A DNA stretch of 64,000 bases from positions 5,165 through 69,164 of the forward strand of contig JAKOVD010000022.1 of the NCBI GenBank assembly GCA_029782215.1, written 5' to 3'. Positions 36,900-45,569 of the stretch are shown one piece after another (positions within the stretch are counted from its first letter, which is position 1; each line of letters starts with the position of its first letter). The DNA comes from Chloroflexota bacterium (lineage in GTDB: Bacteria > Chloroflexota > Anaerolineae > J102). The notes below the pieces were generated by a model. It was not told where the DNA came from. It did no database searches and saw only the letters and a list, made by a program, of their open reading frames with translations. Both the position numbers and the translations under genes were made by a program.

Positions 36900-36992
36900 T
36901 TCACGTTCGGTAGTATTGACGAGTTGGGAGCACGGGGCCTGTTAGCAGCTCAAGTCATCCGCTGCGGCGTGAGGTCAATTCTTTCAAGGGAC

Positions 36993-37021
36993 TTGACCCG
37001 CATCGAAATTAGGAATAAGAT
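36993..37021 (+). promoter_or_regulatory. Candidate sigma70-type promoter for the sugar ABC operon
   Basis: TTGACC-17 nt-TAAGAT, about 140 nt upstream of the SBP ATG (37161). Confidence 0.4.
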
Positions 37022-37160
37022 TCGTGTTATGTGCGCGGTGAAAGCGCACCTTGGTCAATAGTCTGTGTCTGCACAAGGAGGCAAACCTATACTTTAGCCC
37101 CTACGTTCAGTAGCATCACGCTTGCTGTCCAACACTCAACTTCCCAGGAGAAGAAACACC

Positions 37161-38336
37161 ATGTCTCGCAAGTTGTCGTTTTCTCTGCTGTTCGTTTCGC
37201 TGATCGTCGTCGTGCTTGCCCTGGCGGCTTGCGGCGGCGCAGCGACGCCAGCAGCCCAGCAGCCGGCCGCCACCAAGGCGCCTGAAGCTGCTGCCACTAC
37301 TGCCCCCGCTGCCACCGGCGGCCCCCAGATCGGCATCGTGCTCCCGACCAAGGACGAGCCCCGCTGGATCCAGGACGAAGCCCGCTTCAAGGAACTGCTC
37401 GGCACCGCCGGCGTCCCCGTTGAGATTCTCTTCAGCCAGGGTTCCTCGGCCACTGAGAAGTCCAACGTCGAATCGCTGCTGACCAAGGGCGTCAAGGTCA
37501 TCATCCTCACGCCCCAGGACGGCGCTGCTGCTGCCGCCGCCGCCGAAGAGGCCCAGAAGGCCGGCGCCAAGGTCATTTCCTACGACCGCCTGATCCTCAA
37601 CACGCCCGCCGTCGACTACTACGTCACCTTCGACAGCAACGCCGTGGGCCGGGCCCAGGGCCAGTACCTGATCGACAAGGCCCAGGGCACAGGCAACCCC
37701 CTGTACCTCTACGCCGGCGCCGCCTCTGACAACAACGCCTTCCTCTTCTTCGAAGGCGCCTGGGACGTGCTCCAGCCCAAGATCGCCGATGGCACCTTCG
37801 TCATCAAGAACTCCGCCGAAGCCACTGCCCTCAAGGACAAGCCCAAGCTGACCCGTGACGAAATGGCCAAGATCATCGGCCAGGTCACCACGAACTGGGA
37901 CTTCAACACCGCCAAGAACCTTGCCGAGGCCAACCTGACCGTCGCCAAGCCCGAGGATAAGGGCAATGTCTTCATCCTCGCCCCCAACGACGGCACCGCC
38001 CGTGCCATCGCCGATGCCTTCGCCGCCGACAAGGACGTGAAGAGCTACGTCGTCACCGGCCAGGACGCCGAAAAGGCCTCCGTCCAGTACATCATCGACG
38101 GCAAGCAGTCGATGACCGTCCTCAAGGACACCCGCACCCTGTCCAAGGACGCCATCGCCGCCGCCCTGGCGTTCCTCAAGGGCCAGACCCCTGAGAAGAC
38201 CACCACCTACAACAACCAGAAGATCGACGTGCCGGCCAAGCCGTCCGAGGTCATCACGGTTGACAAGGCCAACGTCAAGCAGGCGATCGTCGACTCCGGT
38301 TACTGGCCTGCCGATGCCTTCACCGGCCTGCAGTAA
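37161..38336 (+). CDS. Sugar ABC transporter substrate-binding lipoprotein (ChvE/multiple-monosaccharide type, class I PBP fold)
   Basis: Lipoprotein signal MSRKLSFSLLFVSLIVVVLALAACGG, an Ala/Pro/Thr tether, then IGIVLPTKDEPRWIQD...VISYDRLI...YYVTFDS...TGQDAEKASVQYI. AGGAGAAG RBS. Confidence 0.9.
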   Translation: MSRKLSFSLLFVSLIVVVLALAACGGAATPAAQQPAATKAPEAAATTAPAATGGPQIGIVLPTKDEPRWIQDEARFKELLGTAGVPVEILFSQGSSATEKSNVESLLTKGVKVIILTPQDGAAAAAAAEEAQKAGAKVISYDRLILNTPAVDYYVTFDSNAVGRAQGQYLIDKAQGTGNPLYLYAGAASDNNAFLFFEGAWDVLQPKIADGTFVIKNSAEATALKDKPKLTRDEMAKIIGQVTTNWDFNTAKNLAEANLTVAKPEDKGNVFILAPNDGTARAIADAFAADKDVKSYVVTGQDAEKASVQYIIDGKQSMTVLKDTRTLSKDAIAAALAFLKGQTPEKTTTYNNQKIDVPAKPSEVITVDKANVKQAIVDSGYWPADAFTGLQ

Positions 38337-38357
38337 GCGATAACCGTTCGTTCGCAC

Positions 38358-38393
38358 AGGAAAGGCGACGACCCGGGGGCCGTCGCCTTTCCT
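38358..38393 (+). promoter_or_regulatory. Intercistronic stem-loop between the SBP and ATPase genes
   Basis: aggaaaggcgacg-acccgggggc-cgtcgcctttcct: perfect 13-bp stem with no U-run. Hairpins at this position in ABC operons typically stabilise or partially terminate the SBP message. Confidence 0.5.
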
Positions 38394-38429
38394 CTACTCC
38401 CCGGATAATCTTGGCTCGCAGGAGGTGTA

Positions 38430-40982
38430 ATGGCTACTCCCATCCTGGAAATGAGGAACATCACCAAGACGTTCCCTGGGGTCAAGGCGCTGGACAACGT
38501 GACCTTCAGCGTTGCCCAAGGTGAGATCCACTGCCTGGTCGGTGAGAATGGGGCGGGGAAGTCCACCCTGATGAAGGTGTTGAGCGGGGTGTGGCCTTAT
38601 GGAAGTTACACAGGGGATATCCTGTTTAGCGGCGAGGTCCAGAAGTTCAACGGCATTGCCGACAGTGAGAGAGTCGGCATCGCCATTATCTACCAGGAGC
38701 TAGCGCTTTTTCCTGAACTCAGCGTTTACGAGAACATCTTCCTCGGACACGAGGTCAGAAAGGGCGCTTTGGTCGACTGGAATGAGACGATCAAGCAAGC
38801 AGGCGTGATGCTGAAAAAGGTCAGGCTCGACGTCAATCCGGCGGCGAAGATCAAGGATCTGGGCGTTGGCAAGCAGCAGTTGGTGGAGATCGCCAAGGCC
38901 TTGAGCAAAGACGTCAAGCTCCTGATCCTGGACGAGCCGACAGCGGCCTTGAACGAGAATGACAGCGAGAACCTGCTGAATCTTCTGCGCGAGCTGAAGG
39001 AACACGGCGTGACCTGCATCATGATCTCGCACAAGCTAAGAGAGGTCATCTCCATCGCCGACACGGTCACCGTCCTGCGCGATGGGCAGACGGTCATCAC
39101 CCTGGATGCGCACAAGGGCGAAGTGTCCGAACAGGTCTTGATCAAGCACATGGTTGGTCGCGAGATCAACAACATCTATCCGTCCCGGCAGCGCAACCCG
39201 TTCAGGACTGCGGCTGCCGCCGTGGAAGCCGCCAAGGCGGCGGGCGTCAAGGTCATCTCTTACGACCGGATGATCACCGACACCAAGGCGATCGACTACT
39301 ATGTGACCTTCGACAGCCTCGCCGTCGGCGCGCAGCAGGCGCAGTACCTGGTAGACCATGCTACGGGCAAGGGCAACCCTCTCTATCTGTATGCCGGCGC
39401 CCCGACCGACAACAACGCCTTCTTCTTCTTCCAGGGCGCCTGGGGGGTCTTGCAGCCCAAGATCGCCGATGGCACTTTTGTGATCAAGAATTCAAGCCAG
39501 GCCGTCGGCCTCCAGGCGAACGCTACCCTGACGCGCGACCAGATCAGCGCGATCTTCGGCCAGATCGCCACCAACTGGGATCGCAACACCGCCAGGAACC
39601 TGGCACAGTTCAACGTGACCTCCGCCACCGCGGCCGACAAGGGCAATGTCTTCGTTCTCGCGCCCAACGACAACACCGCACGTGCCATTGGCGATGTCTT
39701 CGCTGCCGACAAGGACGTCAAGAGCTTCCTGATCACCGGCCAGGACGCCGAGGAAGCGTCCGTCCAGTACATCCTGGACGGCAAGCAGTCCATGACTGTC
39801 TTCAAGGACGTGCGCGTCCTGGTGCAGGCCGCAACAGATGCCGCGGTCACCCTGCTGAAGGGGCAGGCTCCTGCCACCAACGGGAGCTACGACAACGGTG
39901 CGGTAGCTGTCCCCGCGCTCCAGGCCCCGGTCGTGTCAGTGGACAAGGCAAATGTTCGGGCCCTTCTGGTGGACTCAGGCTATCACAAGGCCAGCGACGG
40001 CGCTGGTGCGAGCACGCCGGCATCCTCAGGCCATCCGGCCGTCGGGATCGTGCTTCCGACCACAGAGGAGCCGCGCTGGATTCAGGATCAGGCTCGCTTC
40101 CAGAAGGCGTTCAAGGCCGCCGGCTACGACGCCGAGATCCTCTTCAGCCAGGGCGATGCCGCCAGGGAGAAAGCGAACGTCGAAGCGCTGGTTGCCAAGG
40201 GTGTCAAGGTCCTGCTCATCTGCCCGCAGGGTGGTGGAGAAGTCGTCCTTGAAGTCAAAAACTGGAGCGCCTACAACCCCGCCCTGGGCAGGCAAATCCT
40301 CCAGGACGTGAATATTAACGTCAAGAAGGGTGAGATCGTGGGCTTTGCGGGTCTGATGGGGTCGGGGAGGACGGAGCTCGCTCTCAGCTTATTCGGCAAT
40401 CCCACCAGCTTCCATGTCAAGGGTGATCTTTTCATCAACGGCAAGAAGCACACCTTCAAGAAGCCCGAAGATGCCATCGACGCCGGTCTGGCCTATGTCA
40501 CCGAGGACAGGAAGGCCAAGGGGCTGATTCTGATCCAGGATGTCAAGCGGAACATCACCCTGGCCAACCTCTACGAGATCGCCAGCCGCGGTGTGGTGGA
40601 CAACAACGCCGAGGTCAGGGTCGCCACTGAGTATCGCAGCAGTCTCAACATCAAGACTCCCAGCGTCGAGCAAAAGGTCGGGAATCTGAGCGGCGGCAAC
40701 CAGCAGAAGGTTTCGTTGGGCAAGTGGTTGTTCGTCAAGCCCAACGTGCTCATCCTGGATGAACCGACGCGCGGAATCGATGTCGGGGCGAAGTATGAGA
40801 TCTACACGCTCATGAACCGGTTGGTGGAGCAGGGCATGAGCATCATCATGATCTCGTCCGAATTGCCCGAAGTCCTTGGGATGAGCGATCGAGTCTACGT
40901 TGTTGCTTCCGGCAGGATCACCGGCGAGCTGCCGATCGAGGAAGCAACCCAAGAGAAGATCATGCAGCTGGCAACCAGCTAA
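38430..40982 (+). CDS. Sugar ABC transporter ATP-binding protein (tandem NBD, GguA/XylG/MglA type) with a ~344-aa circularly permuted SBP-fold domain inserted between NBD1 and NBD2
   Basis: Uninterrupted 850-aa ORF. NBD1 (aa 1-258): GENGAGKST, LLILDEPTAAL. NBD2 (aa ~603-850): GLMGSGRTE, LSGGNQQK, LILDEPTRGIDV. Residues 259-602 are not ATPase-like and are paralogous to the upstream SBP. Confidence 0.85.
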   Translation: MATPILEMRNITKTFPGVKALDNVTFSVAQGEIHCLVGENGAGKSTLMKVLSGVWPYGSYTGDILFSGEVQKFNGIADSERVGIAIIYQELALFPELSVYENIFLGHEVRKGALVDWNETIKQAGVMLKKVRLDVNPAAKIKDLGVGKQQLVEIAKALSKDVKLLILDEPTAALNENDSENLLNLLRELKEHGVTCIMISHKLREVISIADTVTVLRDGQTVITLDAHKGEVSEQVLIKHMVGREINNIYPSRQRNPFRTAAAAVEAAKAAGVKVISYDRMITDTKAIDYYVTFDSLAVGAQQAQYLVDHATGKGNPLYLYAGAPTDNNAFFFFQGAWGVLQPKIADGTFVIKNSSQAVGLQANATLTRDQISAIFGQIATNWDRNTARNLAQFNVTSATAADKGNVFVLAPNDNTARAIGDVFAADKDVKSFLITGQDAEEASVQYILDGKQSMTVFKDVRVLVQAATDAAVTLLKGQAPATNGSYDNGAVAVPALQAPVVSVDKANVRALLVDSGYHKASDGAGASTPASSGHPAVGIVLPTTEEPRWIQDQARFQKAFKAAGYDAEILFSQGDAAREKANVEALVAKGVKVLLICPQGGGEVVLEVKNWSAYNPALGRQILQDVNINVKKGEIVGFAGLMGSGRTELALSLFGNPTSFHVKGDLFINGKKHTFKKPEDAIDAGLAYVTEDRKAKGLILIQDVKRNITLANLYEIASRGVVDNNAEVRVATEYRSSLNIKTPSVEQKVGNLSGGNQQKVSLGKWLFVKPNVLILDEPTRGIDVGAKYEIYTLMNRLVEQGMSIIMISSELPEVLGMSDRVYVVASGRITGELPIEEATQEKIMQLATS
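39204..40235 (+). other. Embedded circularly permuted periplasmic-binding-protein (SBP) domain inside the ABC ATPase ORF
   Basis: aa 259-519 (nt 39204-39986) align with the SBP from AAAAAEEAQKAGAKVISYDR to its C-terminal VDSGYW. aa 520-537 form a Ser/Gly/Ala/Pro linker. aa 538-602 (nt 40041-40235) align with the mature SBP N-terminus IGIVLPTKDEPRW...KGVKVIILTPQDG. No signal peptide, no internal stop, in frame at both junctions. Confidence 0.8.
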
Positions 40983-40993
40983 GGAGACGCACC

Positions 40994-42205
40994 ATGTCAG
41001 CCGTCCAAGAGAGTATACCTACCAAGTCTTTTGTCCAGGACCTGAGCACAGTCCTCCGTAAGAACGTCCGCGAATACGGCATGTATATCGCCCTGTTTGT
41101 GATCATGGCGATATTCGCCGTCCTGACGAAGGGCCTGTTCCTGTCGCCGCGCAACATCAGCAACCTGATCAACCAGACGGGCTACATTGCAATCCTGGCC
41201 GTCGGTATGACGCTGGTCATCGTTATTCGCCACATCGACCTGTCGGTGGGCTTCCTGGCAGGCTTCCTCGGCGCGATTGCGGCCATTCTCATGGTGCAGT
41301 ACTTGCTGCCGGTCATTGCCGTCCTGCCGATCGTCTTGGCGCTCGGCATCGGAGCAGGACTGATCACGGCTTTTCTGATCGCCTACTTCGGCATCCCGGC
41401 CTTTGTGGCCACCCTCGCCGGGTGGCTGATCTATCATGGCCTGTTGCTGCAGGCCACCATGAGCACGGGCACGATCATCATTCCCAACAAGACTTTCAAC
41501 GCCATCGGCAACGGCTTCATCCCCGACATCCCCGGCTTTGGGTTTGTCCCCGGTCACGCCCTGACACTACTGCTCGGGATCATCGCCATCGTCCTGTTCG
41601 TGATCAGCCAGATCAACGACCGCAGGAAGAAAATGAGTTATGGCTTTGAGGTGCTTCCGAACGAGATCTTCGTTCTCAAGCTGGTCTTCATCTCGGCCAT
41701 CGTCGGCTTGGTCTGCTGGGTGCTGGCGGCGTACAACGGCATCTCGTGGACCGCCGCCATCGTCTTGCTGGTGGTCGGCGTCTACCACTTCATCACGACA
41801 CGAACCGTCCTTGGCCGGCACATTTACGCCGTCGGTGGCAATCCTGAAGCCGCCGAACTCAGCGGCATCAGCGTGAAAAGGATCACCTATGTCGTGTTTG
41901 GCTCCATGGGCTTCCTTGCCGCTCTATCCGGTATCCTGTTCGCCTCACGCCTGCAGTCTGCCACGACGACGGCCGGGAATCTGTTCGAATTGGATGCCAT
42001 CGCCGCGGCCTACGTCGGCGGTGTGTCGGCGGCCGGCGGCGTCGGCACCATCATCGGGTCGCTGATCGGCGCCCTGGTGATGGGCTCCCTGGTAAGCGGC
42101 ATGAACTTGATGGGCGTCGATATTTCGGTCCAGTACATCGCCCGAGGTCTGGTGCTGGTGATTGCCGTCATCTTCGATGCCGCCACCCGGCGCCGGGGTG
42201 GATGA
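40994..42205 (+). CDS. Sugar ABC transporter permease (GguB/XylH-type, ~10 TM)
   Basis: 403 aa. ...GLFLSPRNISNLINQTGYIAILAVGMTLVIVIRHIDLSVG... and ...GRHIYAVGGNPEAAELSGI... are typical of monosaccharide (CUT2) permeases. Confidence 0.9.
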   Translation: MSAVQESIPTKSFVQDLSTVLRKNVREYGMYIALFVIMAIFAVLTKGLFLSPRNISNLINQTGYIAILAVGMTLVIVIRHIDLSVGFLAGFLGAIAAILMVQYLLPVIAVLPIVLALGIGAGLITAFLIAYFGIPAFVATLAGWLIYHGLLLQATMSTGTIIIPNKTFNAIGNGFIPDIPGFGFVPGHALTLLLGIIAIVLFVISQINDRRKKMSYGFEVLPNEIFVLKLVFISAIVGLVCWVLAAYNGISWTAAIVLLVVGVYHFITTRTVLGRHIYAVGGNPEAAELSGISVKRITYVVFGSMGFLAALSGILFASRLQSATTTAGNLFELDAIAAAYVGGVSAAGGVGTIIGSLIGALVMGSLVSGMNLMGVDISVQYIARGLVLVIAVIFDAATRRRGG

Positions 42206-42241
42206 GACACCGACTCACTAGTCATCCCCTTCCCATGCTCG

Positions 42242-42281
42242 GAGCCGGTCTGCGAACCTCGCAGGCCGGCTCTGTTTTTTT
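42242..42281 (+). terminator. Rho-independent terminator of the sugar ABC operon
   Basis: gagccggtctgcga-acc-tcgcaggccggctc (14-bp stem with one G-U pair) followed by tgttttttt. Confidence 0.8.
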
Positions 42282-42342
42282 CACAGGCCTGCGAGGTTGC
42301 CGGCGCTGTGGTCGAGCCTCAGGTGCGAACGATGCCGGCGTT

Positions 42343-43401
42343 CTAGCCTGGAACGCCGCAGTAGGTCCGCAGTTGGGCCACTTGCTCGGGACTGCCGATC
42401 ACGACAATGGCGGTCTGCGCCGTCAAAAGCTCATCCGGTCCTGGATTGAATACGACAGTGCCATCCGGTTTCTCCAGGGCAATGGGAACCATGCCCGTCT
42501 GCTCAAAGACGGCGGCTTCGCCCAGGGTCTTGCCGGCGATGGAGCAGAAGCTGCCGACAGTCACCTGTTCCACCCGGGTGGAGGTCTGCTGCCGCAGCAT
42601 CCTATCCAGGAATGTCACCACCTGGGGCCTGATCATCTCACTGGCCATGCGCATGGCGCCGATAAACATCGGGTTCACTACATAGTCGGCGCCCGCACGT
42701 TGGAACTTCGACACGAGACTGTTGTCACGGCACTCGGCCACGATCTTGATCTCAGGGTTGTCATAGCGCGCCAACACGGTGATGAGCATGTTCTTGCCAT
42801 CGTCGCCCATGGCCGCGAAGACGCCCTGGGCGCGCTGAAGTCCCGCCCGCTGCAGCACCCCTTCATCGGTAGGATCGCCGCGCAACACCGACACGGTACT
42901 GAGATGTTCAGTTACTTCTTGAACAGCTTCAGGATCGGTGGTCACCAGCACGGAAGGACGCTCGGTGGTGTGCAGCTCACGCAGAATGTGAATGCTGCTC
43001 TCACTAGAGCCGCACACGATGTAGTGATGTTGGAGTTCGTCGATGCGTTGTTCCATCAGGCGCTCCCGAATGAGACGAGCCGGGTTTCGTTCCACGAAAT
43101 AGGCCGTCACGGTGGCGGTAGCATAGAGCATCACACCGTAGCCAGCCCACATCAGAACCAGCGTGTAGGCGCGGCCGGCGCGATCCAGATCCAGGATCTC
43201 ACCGTAGCCGATCGTGGTCAGAGTGATGCTGGTCATGTAGAAGGCGTTGATCCAGGACCACGCCCCACGTCCAAGGACGTAGTACCCCACCGTACCCGCC
43301 AGCAAGACAACCAGAACCGCCAACGCCGGGTACTTTAGGCGGCGGATCAACTCGCCGCCAAATTCAATGACCAGCGACTTGCGCGGAGAGAGAGGTCCCA
43401 T
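42343..43401 (-). CDS. Potassium channel with RCK/TrkA-N and TrkA-C domains (MthK-like)
   Basis: 2-TM pore with canonical filter TLTTIGYGE, followed by a Rossmann-type RCK domain (HHYIVCGSSESS...) and a TrkA_C-like end. Confidence 0.85.
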   Translation of the reverse strand: MGPLSPRKSLVIEFGGELIRRLKYPALAVLVVLLAGTVGYYVLGRGAWSWINAFYMTSITLTTIGYGEILDLDRAGRAYTLVLMWAGYGVMLYATATVTAYFVERNPARLIRERLMEQRIDELQHHYIVCGSSESSIHILRELHTTERPSVLVTTDPEAVQEVTEHLSTVSVLRGDPTDEGVLQRAGLQRAQGVFAAMGDDGKNMLITVLARYDNPEIKIVAECRDNSLVSKFQRAGADYVVNPMFIGAMRMASEMIRPQVVTFLDRMLRQQTSTRVEQVTVGSFCSIAGKTLGEAAVFEQTGMVPIALEKPDGTVVFNPGPDELLTAQTAIVVIGSPEQVAQLRTYCGVPG

Positions 43402-43454
43402 GGAGCGTGATGGGGAAAGCGGTGAACGAATCGTCTTCCATCGTGGAAGACGAT

Positions 43455-44303
43455 CTACAGATGGAGGGTCAGTCCCTCAAAGGCGGCGGTGCAGCGAATG
43501 GACGATCCTTGCTGCCGCAGCCAGGAACGAGCCTCGGTCTGGATCGCATCCAGCTCATCGTCACTGCGATCGGGGTCGTGGTGGAACAAGACCAAATGCT
43601 TGACGTCCGCCGCCACGGCCAACTGCAGGGCCTGGTAGAGGACGCTGTGTCCCCAGCCATGCTTGGCCGGCATGTCGGGCGGCAAGTACTGGGCATCGTG
43701 GATGAGCACGTCGGCGCCCCGGCAAAACTCCAGGTAGGCCTCAAACGGTGTCACCAGCGCATCTGCGGGCGGCACAAGCTCGTTATCGGTCAGATAGACA
43801 ATGGTCCGTCCTTCATTGCACACGCGATAGCCAAAGCCGCCGCCGGGATGATTCAGAGGGATGAGGTCGGTATGCAAGCCGATGGCGGTGAGCACCGGCC
43901 GCGGATCATCAAAGATCACCTGGCGATCGGACAACAACGTGTCGAATTCAACGGGGAACCGCGTGCCGTCCATCTGCTCGATCAGGGCGCGCGTGATGGT
44001 CTCACCCAGGGTGGGCAAAAGACAATGGACACGCCGGCGCTGATACAGTGGCTGGAAAGCGGGAAATCCCTGGATATGGTCCCAATGATTGTGCGTGACC
44101 ACCACGTAGATCTCACTCGGAGTCGCCGCCAGCGTCTTGCCGAGATTGCGAATCCCTGTGCCCGCATCCATGACCAACGTGATGTCACTGCCAAGGTGAA
44201 CACTGACGCAGGCGGTGTTGCCGCCATAGCGAAGGGTTGTAGAGCCAGGGGTGGGAAATGTGCCGCGCACACCCCAGAACCGGACGGTCAAAGGTCGGTG
44301 CAT
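43455..44303 (-). CDS. MBL-fold metallo-hydrolase
   Basis: RFWGVRGTFPTPG...YGGNTACV..., HxHxDH variant THNHWDHIQG, and later HD/H motifs. Start at MHRPL with GGAAGG upstream. Confidence 0.75.
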   Translation of the reverse strand: MHRPLTVRFWGVRGTFPTPGSTTLRYGGNTACVSVHLGSDITLVMDAGTGIRNLGKTLAATPSEIYVVVTHNHWDHIQGFPAFQPLYQRRRVHCLLPTLGETITRALIEQMDGTRFPVEFDTLLSDRQVIFDDPRPVLTAIGLHTDLIPLNHPGGGFGYRVCNEGRTIVYLTDNELVPPADALVTPFEAYLEFCRGADVLIHDAQYLPPDMPAKHGWGHSVLYQALQLAVAADVKHLVLFHHDPDRSDDELDAIQTEARSWLRQQGSSIRCTAAFEGLTLHL

Positions 44304-44561
44304 CGTTTGCCTTCCAGGAAAAGGACGTTCAGCAGACAATCTGGGCCAGTTACACGTTAACCTGGGCTGAATAATACCGATAAACGGACTATTCGCAAAA
44401 GGCGTTCGCGCTGGCAGGGTTGGGAGCGACTGGTGAGCCATACTCCGGTAAGCCAGCGCCGATTTGCCGAAGGCATCCGTCCTGGCAGGGTTAGGACCGG
44501 GACACGCTCCATGCTAGACTGCCTTTGACCGTCAAAACGCATCATGTCTCGGAGGGATGTC

Positions 44562-45554
44562 ATGAACACCGTGCGCTGGGGGTTGCTTTCGACCGCCAAT
44601 ATCAACCGCAGGGTCATTCCTGCCATCCGCAGCTCGGAACGCGGGCGGCTGGTGGCGGTGGCCAGCCGCAGCCAGGAGGCCGCCGCTACCTATGCGGCAA
44701 GGTGGGAAATCCCCCTGGCCTTCGGGAGCTACGAAGCATTATTGGCCTCCGATGCCGTCGACGCAATCTACATCAGCGTTCCCAATCACCTGCATGCAGC
44801 CTGGACGGTGGCGGCGCTGGAACAAGGGAAGCACGTTCTCTGCGAGAAGCCCTTCGCGCTCACCCTGGCCGACGTGGATGTGATGACCGCTGCTGCGGCC
44901 AGGACCGGGCGCGTGCTGGCAGAGGCGTTCATGTACCGTCACCATCCCCAGATGAAGCTCGCCGGCGACTGGGTGCGGTCGGGCAGGCTCGGCCAGATCA
45001 CGTTGGTGCGGGCGATCTTCAATTTCAATCTGACCAACCGTCCCAACATCCGGCTCGATCCCGCGACCGGCGGGGGAAGTCTGTGGGACGTGGGGGTTTA
45101 CCCTGTGAGCTTCGCCCAGGCGATAGTGGGTGAACCGCCGCAGCACGTTGACGGCATCCAAAGGCTGGGGCCCACGGGCGTCGACGAAGACTTTGCCGGC
45201 CAGCTTGCCTATGCGGGCGGGGCTATCGCCCAGGTCGCCTGCTCGTTCCGCACACCCTTCTATACGTTCGCCGAGATCATCGGCAGCGAAGGCCGCCTGA
45301 CCTTCAACCGGCCCTTTGTCGCCGGCCGAGACGGCGCTGCACGCGAGATGGTCTTTCATCCCGACGAAGGCGCGCCGCAGCCCATCGCCTTTCCGGACAC
45401 CGACCCCTACCTGGGCGAGATCGAAGACATGCACGACGCCATCCTGGAGGGCCGCCCCACCTTCATTCGCCTTGCGGAAACCCGCAATCATGTGGCCACC
45501 GTCCTGGCGCTGTATCGTTCGGCGCTGGCGCCTGCGAACGGTCCCGTGTTCTAG
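44562..45554 (+). CDS. Gfo/Idh/MocA family oxidoreductase
   Basis: VRWGLLSTANINRRVIPAI...AIYISVPNHLHAAWTVAALEQGKHVLCEKP (Rossmann fold plus the EKP motif). GGAGGG lies 5 nt before the ATG at 44562. Confidence 0.85.
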   Translation: MNTVRWGLLSTANINRRVIPAIRSSERGRLVAVASRSQEAAATYAARWEIPLAFGSYEALLASDAVDAIYISVPNHLHAAWTVAALEQGKHVLCEKPFALTLADVDVMTAAAARTGRVLAEAFMYRHHPQMKLAGDWVRSGRLGQITLVRAIFNFNLTNRPNIRLDPATGGGSLWDVGVYPVSFAQAIVGEPPQHVDGIQRLGPTGVDEDFAGQLAYAGGAIAQVACSFRTPFYTFAEIIGSEGRLTFNRPFVAGRDGAAREMVFHPDEGAPQPIAFPDTDPYLGEIEDMHDAILEGRPTFIRLAETRNHVATVLALYRSALAPANGPVF

Positions 45555-45569
45555 CGCCTGGTCACCCCA

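Noticed and set aside
39204-40235. Alternative readings of the SBP-like segment inside the ATPase: a separate unannotated SBP gene, an IS or mobile insertion, or a collapsed-repeat misassembly.
   Set aside because: - It has no start codon, RBS, signal peptide or stop of its own.
- It begins in the middle of the SBP fold and is in frame with NBD1 and NBD2 at both ends.
- It has no inverted or direct terminal repeats and no transposase.
- It is only ~75% identical at nucleotide level to the upstream SBP gene, which makes repeat collapse unlikely.

A chimeric assembly still cannot be excluded without reads. This is stated in the finding.
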